A stretch of DNA of 63,229 nt, filler included, from Rhabdomonas costata (lineage: Eukaryota), in the NCBI GenBank assembly GCA_019059605.1. It is 30 parts of 30 records of this genome, joined end to end, with 100 filler letters (N's around TTAATTAATTAA, not from the genome) between each part and the next. Parts side by side here need not be neighbours in the genome. Positions count along the whole stretch, not along the records: positions 35,886 to 37,897 come from JAHMHO010006436.1; positions 37,998 to 40,009 come from JAHMHO010006437.1; positions 40,110 to 42,121 come from JAHMHO010006438.1; positions 42,222 to 44,233 come from JAHMHO010006439.1; positions 44,334 to 46,344 come from JAHMHO010006440.1; positions 46,445 to 48,455 come from JAHMHO010006441.1; positions 48,556 to 50,566 come from JAHMHO010006442.1; 23 more parts are not named here. One strand, given 5' to 3'. Positions 36,478 to 49,497 of this stretch are shown piece by piece. Every line of letters begins with the position of its first letter. The stretch's first letter is position 1. Under the pieces are notes generated by a model, which worked only from the letters and a program-made list of their open reading frames with translations, was not told the DNA's origin and ran no database searches. A program made the translations under genes and the position numbers.

Positions 36478-37350
36478 ATGTTTGAGCTCGAGGGTTTATG
36501 CGCTGAGGAGGACAAGTTGCAGGACTTTTTGAAGCAATATGGCGTGCTGCGTGATGTGGAGCACGACTGCTTGGGGCAGTGGTGCAAGACTGGCTCGTCG
36601 TCCTATCGGCGCTGCCTCGTTTGTGAGAAGAAGATGTACGGCAAGTCCCCTTCCATTCTTGAGAACAGCAAGCTTTCTCTCAAGCAATGGGTTTATCTCG
36701 CGTATTTATGGTCCTATGACGCTGCTGGTCAGCGGGTCCTCCGCAACTGTGGCTGAGTGGTCTAACACCTAACGTTCAACTGAAGCCGCAGGACTCAGAA
36801 AACCACAAGAAAAAGCACCAAGCTCGGAAAAAAGATCCAAGCTCGAAAAGTTCGACGGCAAGTTGGAGCATTCTATGGGCTGGCTGGCGAAGACCAGGTA
36901 GCCATCAGATACGCACCAACGACCTTTGGAGTTCGCTACCGGGCAAACCTTCCCCTCATGGGACTGACATGCTAAAAACACACTACCTAAGGAGGCACCA
37001 CCATAACCTAAGGAGGCACCAACTAATCTACGAGCTCGCGCACAATGTTAAGATACAACGGAGGTACAAAGGTAAAAAGAAGAATACCCTGCGTCAACAA
37101 AGCAAAACTGAGACAAACATTCACGTTTTGAGTGCAGCTGTGAAAATAAATTACGTTGCTGGTATTCTTGGTGCCATTCGTGGGATACAGTGCAGTCAGG
37201 TCACTGCTTCGTATTTGCACTGGAGTTCTTGGAATTCTTGGAAAGATGATTCCCGACCAGTTCCAGAAGCGGCATTGCTGAAGGATCATCGTATACAAGG
37301 GGAGGTTACACTTGAAGTCTAGGGAGTGCCCGATAGAACAAAACGCACAG
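36478..37350 (+). mobile_element. Merlin / ISXO2 (IS1016-like) transposase remnant
   Basis: N-terminal EEDKLQDFLKQYGVL..C..RCLVC..SILENSKLSLKQWVYLAYLWS (36478-36756), plus a downstream fragment GEVTLEV*GVPDRTKRT. No intact DDE motif and no TIR identified. Confidence 0.7.
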
Positions 37351-38046
37351 GTCCGAAGGGGCGAGGTTGGCTTTTCGAGGCTCTTCGAGATAGCAGTCAC
37401 TCGCTAAAATAACGCAACGACTATTTGCAAAAAACCGACGAGCCCATTCTGTCAAGGAGAACGGAAACCCTTCGAAAGAACGCATACCCTGTCCAACGGA
37501 CGTGAACACGTGTCCCATATCATGCGAGCACCAGTCGAAATGGGTCATCTTGCTAATCACTCGCAAATTACGACGTCCAGCGGTTCACGACCACCTCGGC
37601 ACATCTCGGCTTGTTTATCGCATCTTATTTGTGCTTGCTCTAGGCAAGACCACAACATCTTCAAAGGACCTTAAGTGCTGCCATTGGCGACCACTTGAGC
37701 AATGACCCAGGGCAACGATGGAATGAAAACGGGTAAGGGCCTCCATCCTTTGGTTTGGTTCGTCGAGACTGTTATGGACGGTGAATACCATGGAGCTCGA
37801 GAAGCTCAATGAGATGTTGCTTTTCAGGTGTTCAACGTCAACAAGTGAGATTCAGGGATCGAAATCAGGGGCGAGTAAGGGGACATCACACCACCCCNNN
37901 NNNNNNNNNNNNNNNNNNNNNNNNNNNNNNNNNNNNNNNNNTTAATTAATTAANNNNNNNNNNNNNNNNNNNNNNNNNNNNNNNNNNNNNNNNNNNNGGT
38001 GGGGGGGCTGTCACATTGGCTACAAAACGCCTGACCCAGTTGGGAG

Positions 38047-40009
38047 TTGCGTTTTGTAGCCAATGTGACAGCCCGACTACCCGACCTGCCGGAAGTGGGA
38101 CACTTTCTGGAAGCCTATCTCTTTGTCGGCCACTTCCCTCTTCTTCTCGGCGGACACTTCCCTGGCTGCATGCCCACCTTCCTCTACAGAAACCCCTCCC
38201 CCAAGTTTGTCGGAATCTCCGATTACATCACACAGACACTGTGTGACCCACGAAGCACACGCAGTGCGGATCCAAGTTGGATTGCTTTTGCTTTCAACCT
38301 TATGCTCTGCTCTGCCGTGGACTTGGGCACCCCATTTGTTGTGATGAAGAAAGGATTGCAAGGGGCCTTGCAAACTCGATTTTCCAGAGCAGAGTACACC
38401 CGCAGGTTCGGCGACACAATTCTACCCAACCTGATGCAACAACAGGATGCCCAAACGGCCAAGTACTTGGTGAACGAGCTCTGTGCTGCAATTCAACAGT
38501 TGGGGCTGCCCACTTACTTTGGAACAATAACTCCAAACCACCACCTTTTCCCCGGGCTTCACCAGCTGCATAGCATCCTCGTTGAATCAGGATGCGATCC
38601 CTCCGCCCTTGCTGTCCTTATGCAGCGATGCTGGCACAGAGCCACCGTGCTCTTCCTCCGCTGGATACGACATGGCATTGACCATCCTCTCGGGCAAGTG
38701 CGGCACGTCTGGGGAAGACATGAATTTCAAACTGACGGTGGGAATCTTTCCCACCTGCATTTTTTTGTCTGGACATCAGAAACCCACATTGGCAAGCCTG
38801 AGCTCGCCGAAGCGTTCAAAAAAGACTGCGACTCCGCCATCAGCCGGGTCACTGCTACCATCTCTGGGGCATTTCGGGGACTTCCCAATGAACTATTACT
38901 GGAACACCTCGCAGACAAACTTCTTCGGCACCGTTGCGGCCCCAAATGCCAAATTGACGGGAAGTGCAGATTTCACTGCCCGTGGCCACTCCACGACTTT
39001 CCCCGCTACGACAAGCTTCATGTCAACTTCCCACCCGAAGTAGAGAAGATGTTAATTGCCTGCGGCCTCGCGACCCTGCACGACGAAACTGGGGAGATCT
39101 CATTGGACCATTCCCTCACTGGCGGCCGGCATTCACCACCACGAGGAGTGGGCTGTGACAATGTCAGCGAATTCAACCCCATGATCTTCTCCGCGATAAA
39201 ATCTCACATGAACATGCAGGTATCTCTTCACTCAAAGTGTATCTATGTTCATAGATATATATGTCACTTTGTTCATGTCAACTACAACTTCCTGACTAAT
39301 CTTACCCAGTTAAACCCTTTCTATTCTTTCAGGTGTGCAATGGCAGGTTCGTGCTTGCCTACCTGGTTAAATACGCTGCTTCTGAGGAAGAACGTTTCTC
39401 TGTCTACCTTAAAAAGAAGACCGAGGACACTGTCGATGCTGCTCTCGTTGATGAGCACCGCCGAAAAAGGGTGGCGCTGGAACAACCTTCAACTGCTGCC
39501 CATGGACAACTGATATCTCTTCCAGAAATGATCATGTTGTGCCTCAGACTCCCAATCATCCTCACGACACTGGACTTCGTCCATGTAAACAGCGGACCAA
39601 CTGAGCATCGGTTTGTGACAATAAAGCCTGCCTGGCAGCCCGGTGCCCAATGGGGACATCCAGCTCCTCCGTCGCTCTCCAGATGTGGGGATGAAGAGCT
39701 TCCTGACGGGTCGATAGTCCCTCGCTATCCTCTTCGCGAGCCTACCACAGGACAACTTCAGACCATCACACGGTGGAAATCCTCCATGTTCTGCGCTGAC
39801 TCTGTCACTGTGTACTGTCTTCGATGCCCTGAGATGATCGACTTCACCCTCGACGACTATTTCTCTCTGACAACTACATCTTATCCTCATCATACTTTTC
39901 AGGCGGATTTCCTCGCTCCCATTGACTGGAAAGCCTACGGACTGTATGATCTCAGGAATCGCAGAGTTCACCTTCGACCCACAGCCATCAACCACCCAAG
40001 GCTCCTGGA
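38047..40009 (+). mobile_element. Helitron/Helentron-type HUH Rep domain, open across the contig, with one GT-AG intron (39220-39332)
   Basis: Motif I LPTYFGTITPN, motif II RHEFQTDGGNLSHLHFFVW, HRCGPKC..KCRFHCP, and EFNPMIFSAIKSHMNMQ|VCNGRFVLAYLVKY (motif III), then ISLPEMIMLCLRLP. Removing the 113-bp intron joins the two ORF-track frames. Confidence 0.9.
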
Positions 40010-41207
40010 NNNNNNNNNNNNNNNNNNNNNNNNNNNNNNNNNNNNNNNNNNNNTTAATTAATTAANNNNNNNNNNNNNNNNNNNNNNNNNNNNNNNNNNN
40101 NNNNNNNNNGGTGGTTTTTTGGACACATCTGGCTTTCTGAGACTCCAGGAAAACCTCTTTCACCCTTCTGTGCTCAGTGCTTCCGCATTAAGGCTGGGCC
40201 CGTTAGGGTTCCTTGGAGAACAAGGTAGCTTGGAGGTGCTGGAACGTGGAAGCTTGGAAACGTTTGAGCCTAATCAACGATGGGAATCGGAGCTCAATGA
40301 AACAAGCCGAGGATTCGGTGGTATTAACCTAAGCTGCTCCGTTTAACATGGTTCCAAAATCAACGAAAATCCATCCCTCACTCAATTTTGGAGAAAACTA
40401 CCCCTGACCCCTGACGTCAAATGCTACCCCTGGTTTCTCCTCTGCCTTCTTGACTCTGTCCTTCGCGTCCACACAGGCGCTGTCTGTGTCAGACTTCTCG
40501 TTCGCAACGAGCCTGCACCCCGAGTGGGCAGGATTTGGCCGGGCTCTGACCCCCTGCGGCGAGTCGGGCTCCTCCTCCACATCGGGGGAATCGCCATTGC
40601 AGGGAGGTCAACAGCAGCCTTCTCGGGGTTCCAAGGATCGCCACGAGTTGGGCCAGGTGGGGATTGCAGAAATATGGGTGGGAGGGGGTCGCGGATGTGG
40701 ATGCAAAGGTGGTGTGCTGTCATAATGGACACATTGTTGGATTATGCGCGCGTGCTTGTGAACGCAACAGCACACCATCGAAATATTGTCAGCATTGCCC
40801 CTTTTTGCCGTCATTCAGTTTGAGTTGTGGTTCTGCTCACAACTGAGTGGCAGTGCCGCGTAAAATTGTCGCACAAATGCATCTATGAATAGCTGATTCT
40901 GCAGGAGTTCCAGTGGCCTTTCCAGCCTATGCACAGGAAAATAGCCTCTAAAAGCTCAGCAGAATGGCACAATGGCATAAAAACTTCCTTACCAGCACCA
41001 AGAACCTCTGGGACTCTCCCTCAGGTGTTTTGGCTCGGTATGCGTGGAAAGTTCCATTCACCCTGAACGTCCAATAAAGGTGACAAAATGGCAGTGTTTA
41101 CTCGAACGCCATCTCTCAACGTGTGGTAATCTGTAGAAATCATAAATCCGTGGAAGCTCCAAATCGGAAAGGACTTGAAAGGTTGGTCTTCGGGCTGTTT
41201 GCCTCAG

Positions 41208-41981
41208 GACAGAGCCAGTGTCCAGTGTAGCACTATTGCCTCTCCGCCTCCGAGGAAGCGGGCCCGGCGACACGGAACCGGGGCGTTGTCCGTGGAGCAG
41301 CTGGAGTACCTTCGGGAGGTCACCTCTGCCGTGCTGAGGGACCCGCAGGAGCCCTCTCGGTCTGCTACTGCTGCTGCTGCAATTGCTGGATGGTGGCGGA
41401 AGTCTTTGTTGTGATGCAGTTCCATCGCCCGTCCGGTGGTCAATAAACCTTTGGAACAGGCCTGTTCATAACAACCACAGCTAGTTTGGCGGCGATGTAT
41501 ACAAACGAATAGACGGATCTCTCTGGAGTGGGAGCGTTCGCATTTTGTCCTGGTCGACCAGTGCAGCGCAGGTTGTGTGCTTTTCTTGTGGTGAGGGGCA
41601 TTTGCGTCGTGCACTCCGTGCAAGTGGTTGTCGGTAATCATCTTTCTTGATTTTAAACGAGGTCTCTTAAAAACAGGCTGATTCGCTCAGAGTCGGGTTA
41701 CCCCCAATCGGCACAAGATGGTGCACGCATGCTCACATTTTTCGTGGTATATCTCTTTGCCCTTTTGCCAGCACTGTTGTGTGCATGTGTGTGTGTCAGT
41801 TCGTGCTTTTGCACTTTCTGGGGAACCTCACAGCGGCACAGCGCCTGCCGAGGGTTCCCCCTCCAGTGCCCCTGTCTCCCTGGAGCCCGCTCGGAAGCCC
41901 TGGCATGCTGTCCTGCGCAGTGTAAGCCGAGACTCCATCGGCAGTGTAGTCCCAGCGCTGGTGTCGTTCTTCACGGAGAAG
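41208..41981 (+). CDS. TAF6: TAF6/TAF6L-like protein, start of the HEAT region (exons 41208-41359 and 41834-41981)
   Basis: ALSVEQLEYLREVTSAVL..WHAVLRSVSRDSIGSVVPALVSFFTEK is colinear with TAF6 LSVEQQLYYKEITEA..ALQSIATDPGL..LPRFSTFISE. The intron is a phase-2 GT-AG. Confidence 0.7.
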
Positions 41982-43952
41982 GTCACCATTCCTACCCGCT
42001 TCTCTATTTCCAGCTTCTCCGTGCAGTCAATAGAAGGTTCCTTCAGGGAAGTTCTATCTTTCCCTCTTTCTCTATTCAATCCGGTTTGCCCACTTCCCTC
42101 TCCGCTTCTTTACGGCCACAANNNNNNNNNNNNNNNNNNNNNNNNNNNNNNNNNNNNNNNNNNNNTTAATTAATTAANNNNNNNNNNNNNNNNNNNNNNN
42201 NNNNNNNNNNNNNNNNNNNNNGGTGTGGGGGGACTGTTAAGCATGTAATACGTGTAAACCGTTGAACCTGTAATGGCATTAAGCAGCGTTTGGGACTTTG
42301 CGGTTCGATTGGTGTCTGCATCAGGTGAGGAGCAGTGTGCAGTGCGACGGGAGCGAACGAATCAGCTGGGGATGTGTCATGGGAGTGTGTGTCGTGCAAA
42401 AACGCTTAAACGGTATCAAAAACGAATTTCTTATTGCAAAGTGATTTCACAAGCTCGTGTTTGGGTGAACTGTGCCTTTTCCCGCAGATGGCAGTTTGTC
42501 GATTGGGATTGGGTATACTGTGGCAGTGCCCTATATGATGATTCTTTAAATTTCTACAGTGTAATGGTGGTAAATTTTAACACCCCAAGAAAATGCTGTG
42601 GGCCTCCGGCCTTCTTCGCAGTTGTTGCATTGTATCGCCGTGTTCACGACACCGTTGGCTTGCGGTTTGGGAACCAATTGGCTTCAGCAAATGGGTGACT
42701 TCGTTTTTGCTCTTATTTGTGTGCCCAAATAAGCGCCCCCCACGTACGCACACACACACACACACTCTCTCTCCACCGCCAGTTTAGTCCGAAAATGCAT
42801 GAGGTTCGCACGATGCGAATTATTCGGTCCCGCCTCATCCACTAGCCAAGTTCTGTGTCTCTTGTGTGTGCCCCTCAATGCATTGCTCCCGCTAGCGTGC
42901 GGATTTGCCTGAGAATCGCTGGTGAGAGTCCTGTCCCCTTCTTCAAAGGGCTGGTCGATGGCGGTCCCCTCCAGGCTCAAGCCAGCTATGCCCCCTGAGT
43001 CCCCGGTCACGCCATCCTCCATGAGCTTCCACGGTCAGAACACCTGCATCCTCGTAAATGGTATCCTCTGTCGTGTCTTTTGGGGAGTACGGTGGCTTTG
43101 CACTTTTCCTTAATGCGGTCAAGGCCTTCACTCAGACACAGCTCGTGGAAAAATGGGTTTCACTTGCCAGAATTTTCGTTAATATGTTTTTTGGAACTGG
43201 ACTGCGCTATTCAGGTGATAGTAGATGGGAAATGGAGGCGAACAGCCTCCAGGAATCGAAGAAGAAGAAAGCAGCAAGTGTCAGTCAGTGCCTGTTAGAT
43301 GAATTTGGCAATAAGTTTCAGGGTTTGAGTGAGGCTGTGGTGTGCACATTGTGGTCTTACGTCGGGTTTGGCTTGTTTTCAATGTACGCGTGAGTTGTGG
43401 TCCTCAATTTTGGGTAAGCATGAGAATACGCCGCCTTGAATTTATGCACACCTGCCTTGGGAGATCGCTTCTCTTACATCATTCATTTTGTACCCGTTCA
43501 GGAGGAGACCTGTACGCCGATTTGAACCGGTGCGTTGATTTTTGTCCGAGTACTGTGATTTGGGTTCCAGCCTTTCTACACTTTTCATCACTGCAAGCCT
43601 TCCTTTCATGCATTGGGCCGGTTTTCAAGGGAATGAGGAATGCTTTCTTTTACAAAGGATGCTCTTGCCATCGATAATGAGTGGGAGTATTCACTCTGTG
43701 AAAAGGGAACACACATACCTAACTCCTCCTCCGTCCAACTGGCCCCTGTGATCTTTTCTTCTCAGCCCGATCCCCACACCGAAACGCGGTGTGGTCTTCC
43801 AGTTGCCTTTGCGCTGAGTTTCCTTGCTGTTCTTTTTCTCGCAGCTACGACAGCGTGGACAGCAGGCCGCTCAACCAGGCTCAACCGCTCCTTCAGCAGG
43901 CCTTTGTGCACTTTACTCCCGGCACGGTATGTGTATGTTTGCAAAGTCAGCA

Positions 43953-44206
43953 GAAATGGTCGAGAGTAGGTGGTGTGCACAAACAAAGAAATGCACAGGA
44001 GGCATCAACGGGGAAATCAAGCCAACTTGGAGACACCCCCCCTCCCCGGATGTGCTGATGTGGTGAAATGAAATCAGGAAGTCGGCCTTGAGCTGTGAAT
44101 CACGGATCGGAATGTGAGAATCCCTTCTGCAACCCAGGATGCCATTTAAAGCATGTCCCACTTTGAGTTTCGCCAGTTGTGCACACCACCTACTCTCGAC
44201 CATTTC
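43953..44206. repeat. 30-bp perfect inverted repeat near the contig end (probable chimera)
   Basis: 43953-43982 is the reverse complement of 44177-44206. The second arm abuts the C/A-rich terminal tract. Confidence 0.85.
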
Positions 44207-44539
44207 CCCCAACAACTATATACACTCAACACANNNNNNNNNNNNNNNNNNNNNNNNNNNNNNNNNNNNNNNNNNNNTTAATTAATTAANNNNNNNNNNN
44301 NNNNNNNNNNNNNNNNNNNNNNNNNNNNNNNNNCTCCCGGTCGGCCTCATTTTGCCTGGCGTTTCTTTGTTAGGCTGGAAAGTGATTTGTGTTGATGGCT
44401 ATGACTTTGCAGAGGGAGATCTTCGATCTGCCTAGCTCTGGTTTTGACAGAAAGGGACTACGCTGACACGGTGACCGGAGGGACAAGAGCTTCGTTTCAA
44501 TGTGGTTTGTCATTGTCATTGTCATTCCCACTTTTTCAG

Positions 44540-45778
44540 GCTGCCTATTTCCGAAGCACCTTTCGCTGATCAAGGAACAGTGAAATGGGTTAATGCCAAC
44601 AAAGGCTTTGGCATGATTTCCACCAAGGCGGGCGAGGTGCCTTTCCGCCAAAGGGATGTGGTTTCAAAGAGGGGCCGTTGCCTTAACAAGGGTGCGCCTT
44701 TTTTCCATTTGAGAGAAGGGAGGCTTTCCTTTTTTTCGATGCACCAATCCCTGAGAACGCGAGAAATCAGGGAGACTCCTCGGGCATAGCCCTTTTCGCC
44801 CTCGCAGTTCACATTCACCGAATTCTCTCAATAGATAGGCCAGCAAGGCGCAGGTCCCGATGGGACATTCTGTCATCATGGTTTCGGACTCAATGTTCAA
44901 TGTATGGAGGGACTCGAGCTGAACTTGCAGTAAAAAATTCCCTCAAAAAAAAGGCAGAAACAGACAAAATGGGCAAAAAAAAAAAAGGCAAAAACTGTCG
45001 AAAATAAGGGGGGAAACATGACCTGGGTGTCGTTGCGAGCGGTAGTTGACTATTTTCATGAGATCCCATCATATCATGGGGGAAACTGGAATGGGTGAGG
45101 TTCTGTATGCGAGAACTCGAATTATTGTCCATTTTTCCACAGTGATGGCCCTTTTTTAAATCAAGGGGGGCGTTGAAGGCCTCCAACGAGGTACACCGAT
45201 ATGGGTCCAAAATGGGGTCATCCGGGTGAAAAAATCGACCCCAGAAATCGAACCAACTGTTTTCAACAGTTTTGGGGGTGGTTTTGACCTCATTTTTTGT
45301 GTGCATTTTTGCCCTGAAAATGCCCTTTTCAGCCCTTGAAAGCTGGTATAAAGCCCGTAAAAAGGGCGTTTTGATTCCGAGGAAGTCAGTGCGGTGCCGA
45401 AGTCCAAAGCCGCGCACCAAGGTCTTCTATATAAGCTCGTATTTCTCTGCACCGAAACAAAGTGTCCTAAATCGATCTTGTGGCGAAGTGAAATCGTTTC
45501 GTTTCGTTTCGGGATCCCTCAGCGCTAGCGCCGGTGCGCAACGCCCCTAGTTGTCTTTTCAACGCGGACGAGCTTTATTTGCAAAGGATTTTTACCCTCG
45601 CCCGCTGGGCGTGCCCCATGGCCGCTCTTTTTTATTTTTACAGAAGTCCAAAGATCATAAGGTGTGTTCAGTTTCGGCGTTTTTTGTTTCTTTTTCTTTC
45701 CAGGTGAGTCGGTGTGCTTCGATATCCGCCGAGGAAAGAAAAAACAGACCGCCAGTCACATCATCGGAAGAGGGGATG
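44540..45778 (+). CDS. Cold-shock domain protein (exons 44540-44691 and 45704-45778)
   Basis: QGTVKWVNANKGFGMISTKAGEVPFRQRDV..LNK|GESVCFDIRRGKKKQTASHI. RNP-1 is present and RNP-2 is degenerate. Confidence 0.85.
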
Positions 45779-47279
45779 GTGAGAAAAAGTCAGTGAGGGC
45801 CCGAAAGGTAGACTTGATACATTTCTGTGGTGATTTGCTTTTTCGTTGCTTTATTTTCCTGTGCTTCTGTAAGTGAGGAGTGTGAGGACAGTCATGCGCA
45901 GTCACAGCGTTGGCTTTCGAGCCTTTCTTCGTCTGCTCAGGGCGCCCGCCCTGAGCTGAATACTCGGGACCTTCCCCCGGACTTCAACACGTGCCGCATG
46001 AATCGCCTCCGGAAGCTTGGAGGCGATTACTGACGGGCTATCAAGAATTGATAAAAGGGTTCTTGCGTGACAGCTCATCCGTTACTGTTGGTTTGTTTCT
46101 AGCTTTGCGCTCACTTCTGCCTTTGGCTTCCAACTGTACTCTACTCCTTTGTGTGTACGTAATCTCTGCACTTGGCTGCACCACGGGCCCTGCCTCTGGT
46201 TTGATCGTTGCTGTTATTTTTGAAGGCTTTTGAGAGCAAAGATGCCTCATAATTGCAGACCTGACATTCTCGACACCGCTCGGAGTGAATGGCAGTCTAA
46301 CCAATAGCTTTAAGCTTCAATACTGAAGACCATCCTTCGTTATGNNNNNNNNNNNNNNNNNNNNNNNNNNNNNNNNNNNNNNNNNNNNTTAATTAATTAA
46401 NNNNNNNNNNNNNNNNNNNNNNNNNNNNNNNNNNNNNNNNNNNNCCATCACGGGCGCCGGCAACAACGTGGGGGCCCCCCGCACCTCGCGCGGGGCTGGG
46501 GTGCCGATGTGGTGAGTTGTACCCCACAGTGTTCCACGAGGCTGTCGCCGTGCCTGTAGAACCAAAACAAACCCCCTAGAGACAAGGATACGAGATAGTT
46601 TGTGTGCTTCTTCTTCAATTTCAGTGTCGGGATGGGCTCACCTGAGCTGTGGGAAGTGTGAGCTTTAAGGCGAATGTCTCAAATCATACGGGTGGTAACT
46701 CCAGATATATTGGCAGGGGAGAGCGGATTTCTTACATGTTTCGCAGGAGTAAGATGGCGGTACCCAGTTTTCTGGAGATGTTTCCAAAAAGTTTTGGCCC
46801 GCGGAGCTCAGGTGCCCTCCAACTCGACTGGCAAAGGAGGATGGGTTGAGATATTTTCCTTAAGTGCCTCCTTTCTTCTTTTTTCTTTGCTTAAGGGCGT
46901 GTAGTTGAGAAACATGGGAGTTAGGGTTGCGGAAAATCTTTGGGGCTTCTGAGAGGGCCTTGAAGGCCTCCGCCCATCACCAAAGGAGATGAAAGACCGC
47001 AGTTTCAAACGGCCGCGACGAGAGGTTAAGACACAATCGCCCGAAAATCAAGAACTCAAACAGAAAAGATAAGGCGTTGTGAGTGGTCTCCGAAACGGCA
47101 GGGTCCAATTTTACGGCACAGCGGCAGATAAAGTGGGGTGTGGCGATCAAGAGAAGTTGTGTTACGGGCGAAGAAAACTGTGCTTTCTAATCCTTTTGTA
47201 TGATTGCCTCCACGACTGACGCAGACGTTATGCTTTTTTTTTCAATTTCCTTCTCCCTGGAACCCTAAAGCTACTTCTC

Positions 47280-48070
47280 TCTGGAAGTTGGAAGAGCGTG
47301 CGGTTGTGAATGAGGGGGTGGGGCAGGTGCTGCCTGAGGTGGGCCCCTCCGTCGGGGAGCTATCCTCGGAGAACGTGCCCGGGCTGCGCCGCGGGGAAAT
47401 AACATGAGTCAGCGGCTGCTCCGGGATGATCACGCGGCGCTCTGGGGTGGGGAACCGCCCGATTCCGGAGCCGGCCCCATTCTGGTGGGCCTGCTGGAAA
47501 CCCGAGTGGGGCTGCGACACACGCATTCACTCCATTCACTCCGTCCACATTGATTGCCGAGTATTGGTCATCCCTCTCTTCACTGTACCGCTCAGTTGTG
47601 TCCAACACGGTTCATACATCAACACCACTCAATTTGCTGTCAAGGCCCACACCCAGGCAACTCCGGAACCGTGATGCGAAGAATGCACAATCACAGCGCC
47701 AGGTGTGAAGCGCCTGTGCGTATATGCGAAGCCGCAGGGCTTGCCCTTCAACTGATGTACACAAAAGAACAGAACAGAGAAGTACTATTGGGCTTGTGGT
47801 ACAAGCGAGCAAGAAAGAAAGCAAGAAAGCTAAGAAACAAGGAGAACAAAAGACACACGGCGTGAAAAACACAGGCCGAAAGGATTGAAGCAGTAAGTCA
47901 GGCCTTCGGCATACCTTGAGCACGGGGCTGCGCCCGGGGAGGGCAATGGAGACGGCCTCCTGTAGGTCCGCGATGGACTGCTTTCGGCTGCGGCCCGGGG
48001 TGTGAAGTGGGGAGGTCCCCGGTGAGGCGTGGAGCCTGCTCAGGAACATGCTCGTGGGCATGGAGCGCAC
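47280..48070 (-). CDS. Exons of an unknown Ser/Pro-rich protein
   Basis: GC-rich frames at about 48070-47915 and 47520-47280 with many SP/TP motifs; limits approximate. Confidence 0.4.
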
Positions 48071-49497
48071 CTACGCATACACAGGATCGAAAACGCCCAC
48101 CCACACTCGCGCTGCCGGCACTATTATCGCCCCGGACGTTTTTATCTCATGAGCTAATTAATTCTAAAATGACGAAATTTGGCAAACAAACTGAAGAAGC
48201 GGAGAAAGAAATACCGCAAAAACATACAAAAAAAATACTCGATTTTGTCAATCTGCTGTCTCGATGCCGCGCCATTAGGCGTGATAATTTGTCCAAAATC
48301 GAAGGAATCCAAAATTCACAAATTTCAGAAACACATCCAGCATTCTCTGCACATTGGATAACATCATTGCAAAAAACTGCTCAAAAATACTCACCCCCTA
48401 AAATGCTATTACGTGGAAAAGTGTTCGCGTTTTAGCAATGCCACGACAAAGTACANNNNNNNNNNNNNNNNNNNNNNNNNNNNNNNNNNNNNNNNNNNNT
48501 TAATTAATTAANNNNNNNNNNNNNNNNNNNNNNNNNNNNNNNNNNNNNNNNNNNNTTGTTGGGGGCGGGATGGTGCATGAAATTTCTCATGTCCTTGTTT
48601 TGCTAGTGGGAATGGACTGCGTGAGGTCGTTTCGATTCTTGGGCAGAGCTGTTGGGTGTGGAATGGAGTGGTGCTTTCATTTCCTTGCTTAACTGGCTTA
48701 AGGGCACTCTATCGTGCAATGTGCCTGGTTTCTTGCTTTGGCTTTCTACAATTGTTGTTTCTCTTATCTCTCTTATCTCTCTCTTATCTTATGGGGGTTC
48801 TAGAAGGCGGTACTATCTAGCCCCTGTATGATGCTTTGTTATAGGAGGTCTGTAGCCTGCAGGTGTGGGTCAGTTTGGTTGGGTCAGTCGCGTTGTGGAA
48901 CGGAAATCTGTATGAGGTGAAAAGCCTGGCTCTATGTTGAGCCGTGTGGGGAGGGCTTCACTGCTTGCATTCGTTGACGCATCCGCCGACGCGAAAAGCT
49001 TAATCATTCAAGTTGAACAAGGCCTGGGGATTCAGGCCTGTATGCTGTTGTGTCCGTCGGTAGGCGGCGTTTCGGTAGCTTCCTGTGCTTTTCTTACTTA
49101 TCTGGTGGTGCTCCTCCCCATTTCGTTTGCATGGGGCGCGCTCTCCGCACGGGTGTCTTGACTTCTGCAGCGGTCTCAGGCATTGTTCACAGGAATCCCG
49201 ACCAGACTTTTTTTTCCAGAAGCAACACCCACCAACAAATGAAAAAATTGGGAGAGCTTTTCCTGGGATCTTAACTTGGTAAATTCGTCCTGCAGCGCAG
49301 GTGGACTTATCACAATATGTTAAGCACTCGAGCTGCCGCCGCCTTGCACAAGCTCACCCCCCAAACGCCCTTGAAGGCGGCGCTCCTGAGCTCTGCCGTC
49401 CGGAACCAAGCAGCTCGACGATGGACCGCTTTTTTTTAAAAGCTGGACTGCACACACTCAGGGGCAGGGTCTGACAACGCATACACGCATAGCCCAC

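Noticed and set aside
38005..38074. 26-bp hairpin as a Helitron terminal structure
   Set aside because: It sits at the contig start behind a G/T primer-like tract and its right arm is Rep coding sequence. It matches the other terminal fold-back chimeras.
31666..40009. Apparent mobile-element island (gypsy, gypsy, Merlin, Helitron side by side)
   Set aside because: These are four separate contigs, apparently ordered roughly by length, so adjacency carries no biological information.
43953..44206. 30-bp inverted repeat as MITE TIRs
   Set aside because: No target-site duplication is visible, and the second arm runs straight into the terminal C/A tract.
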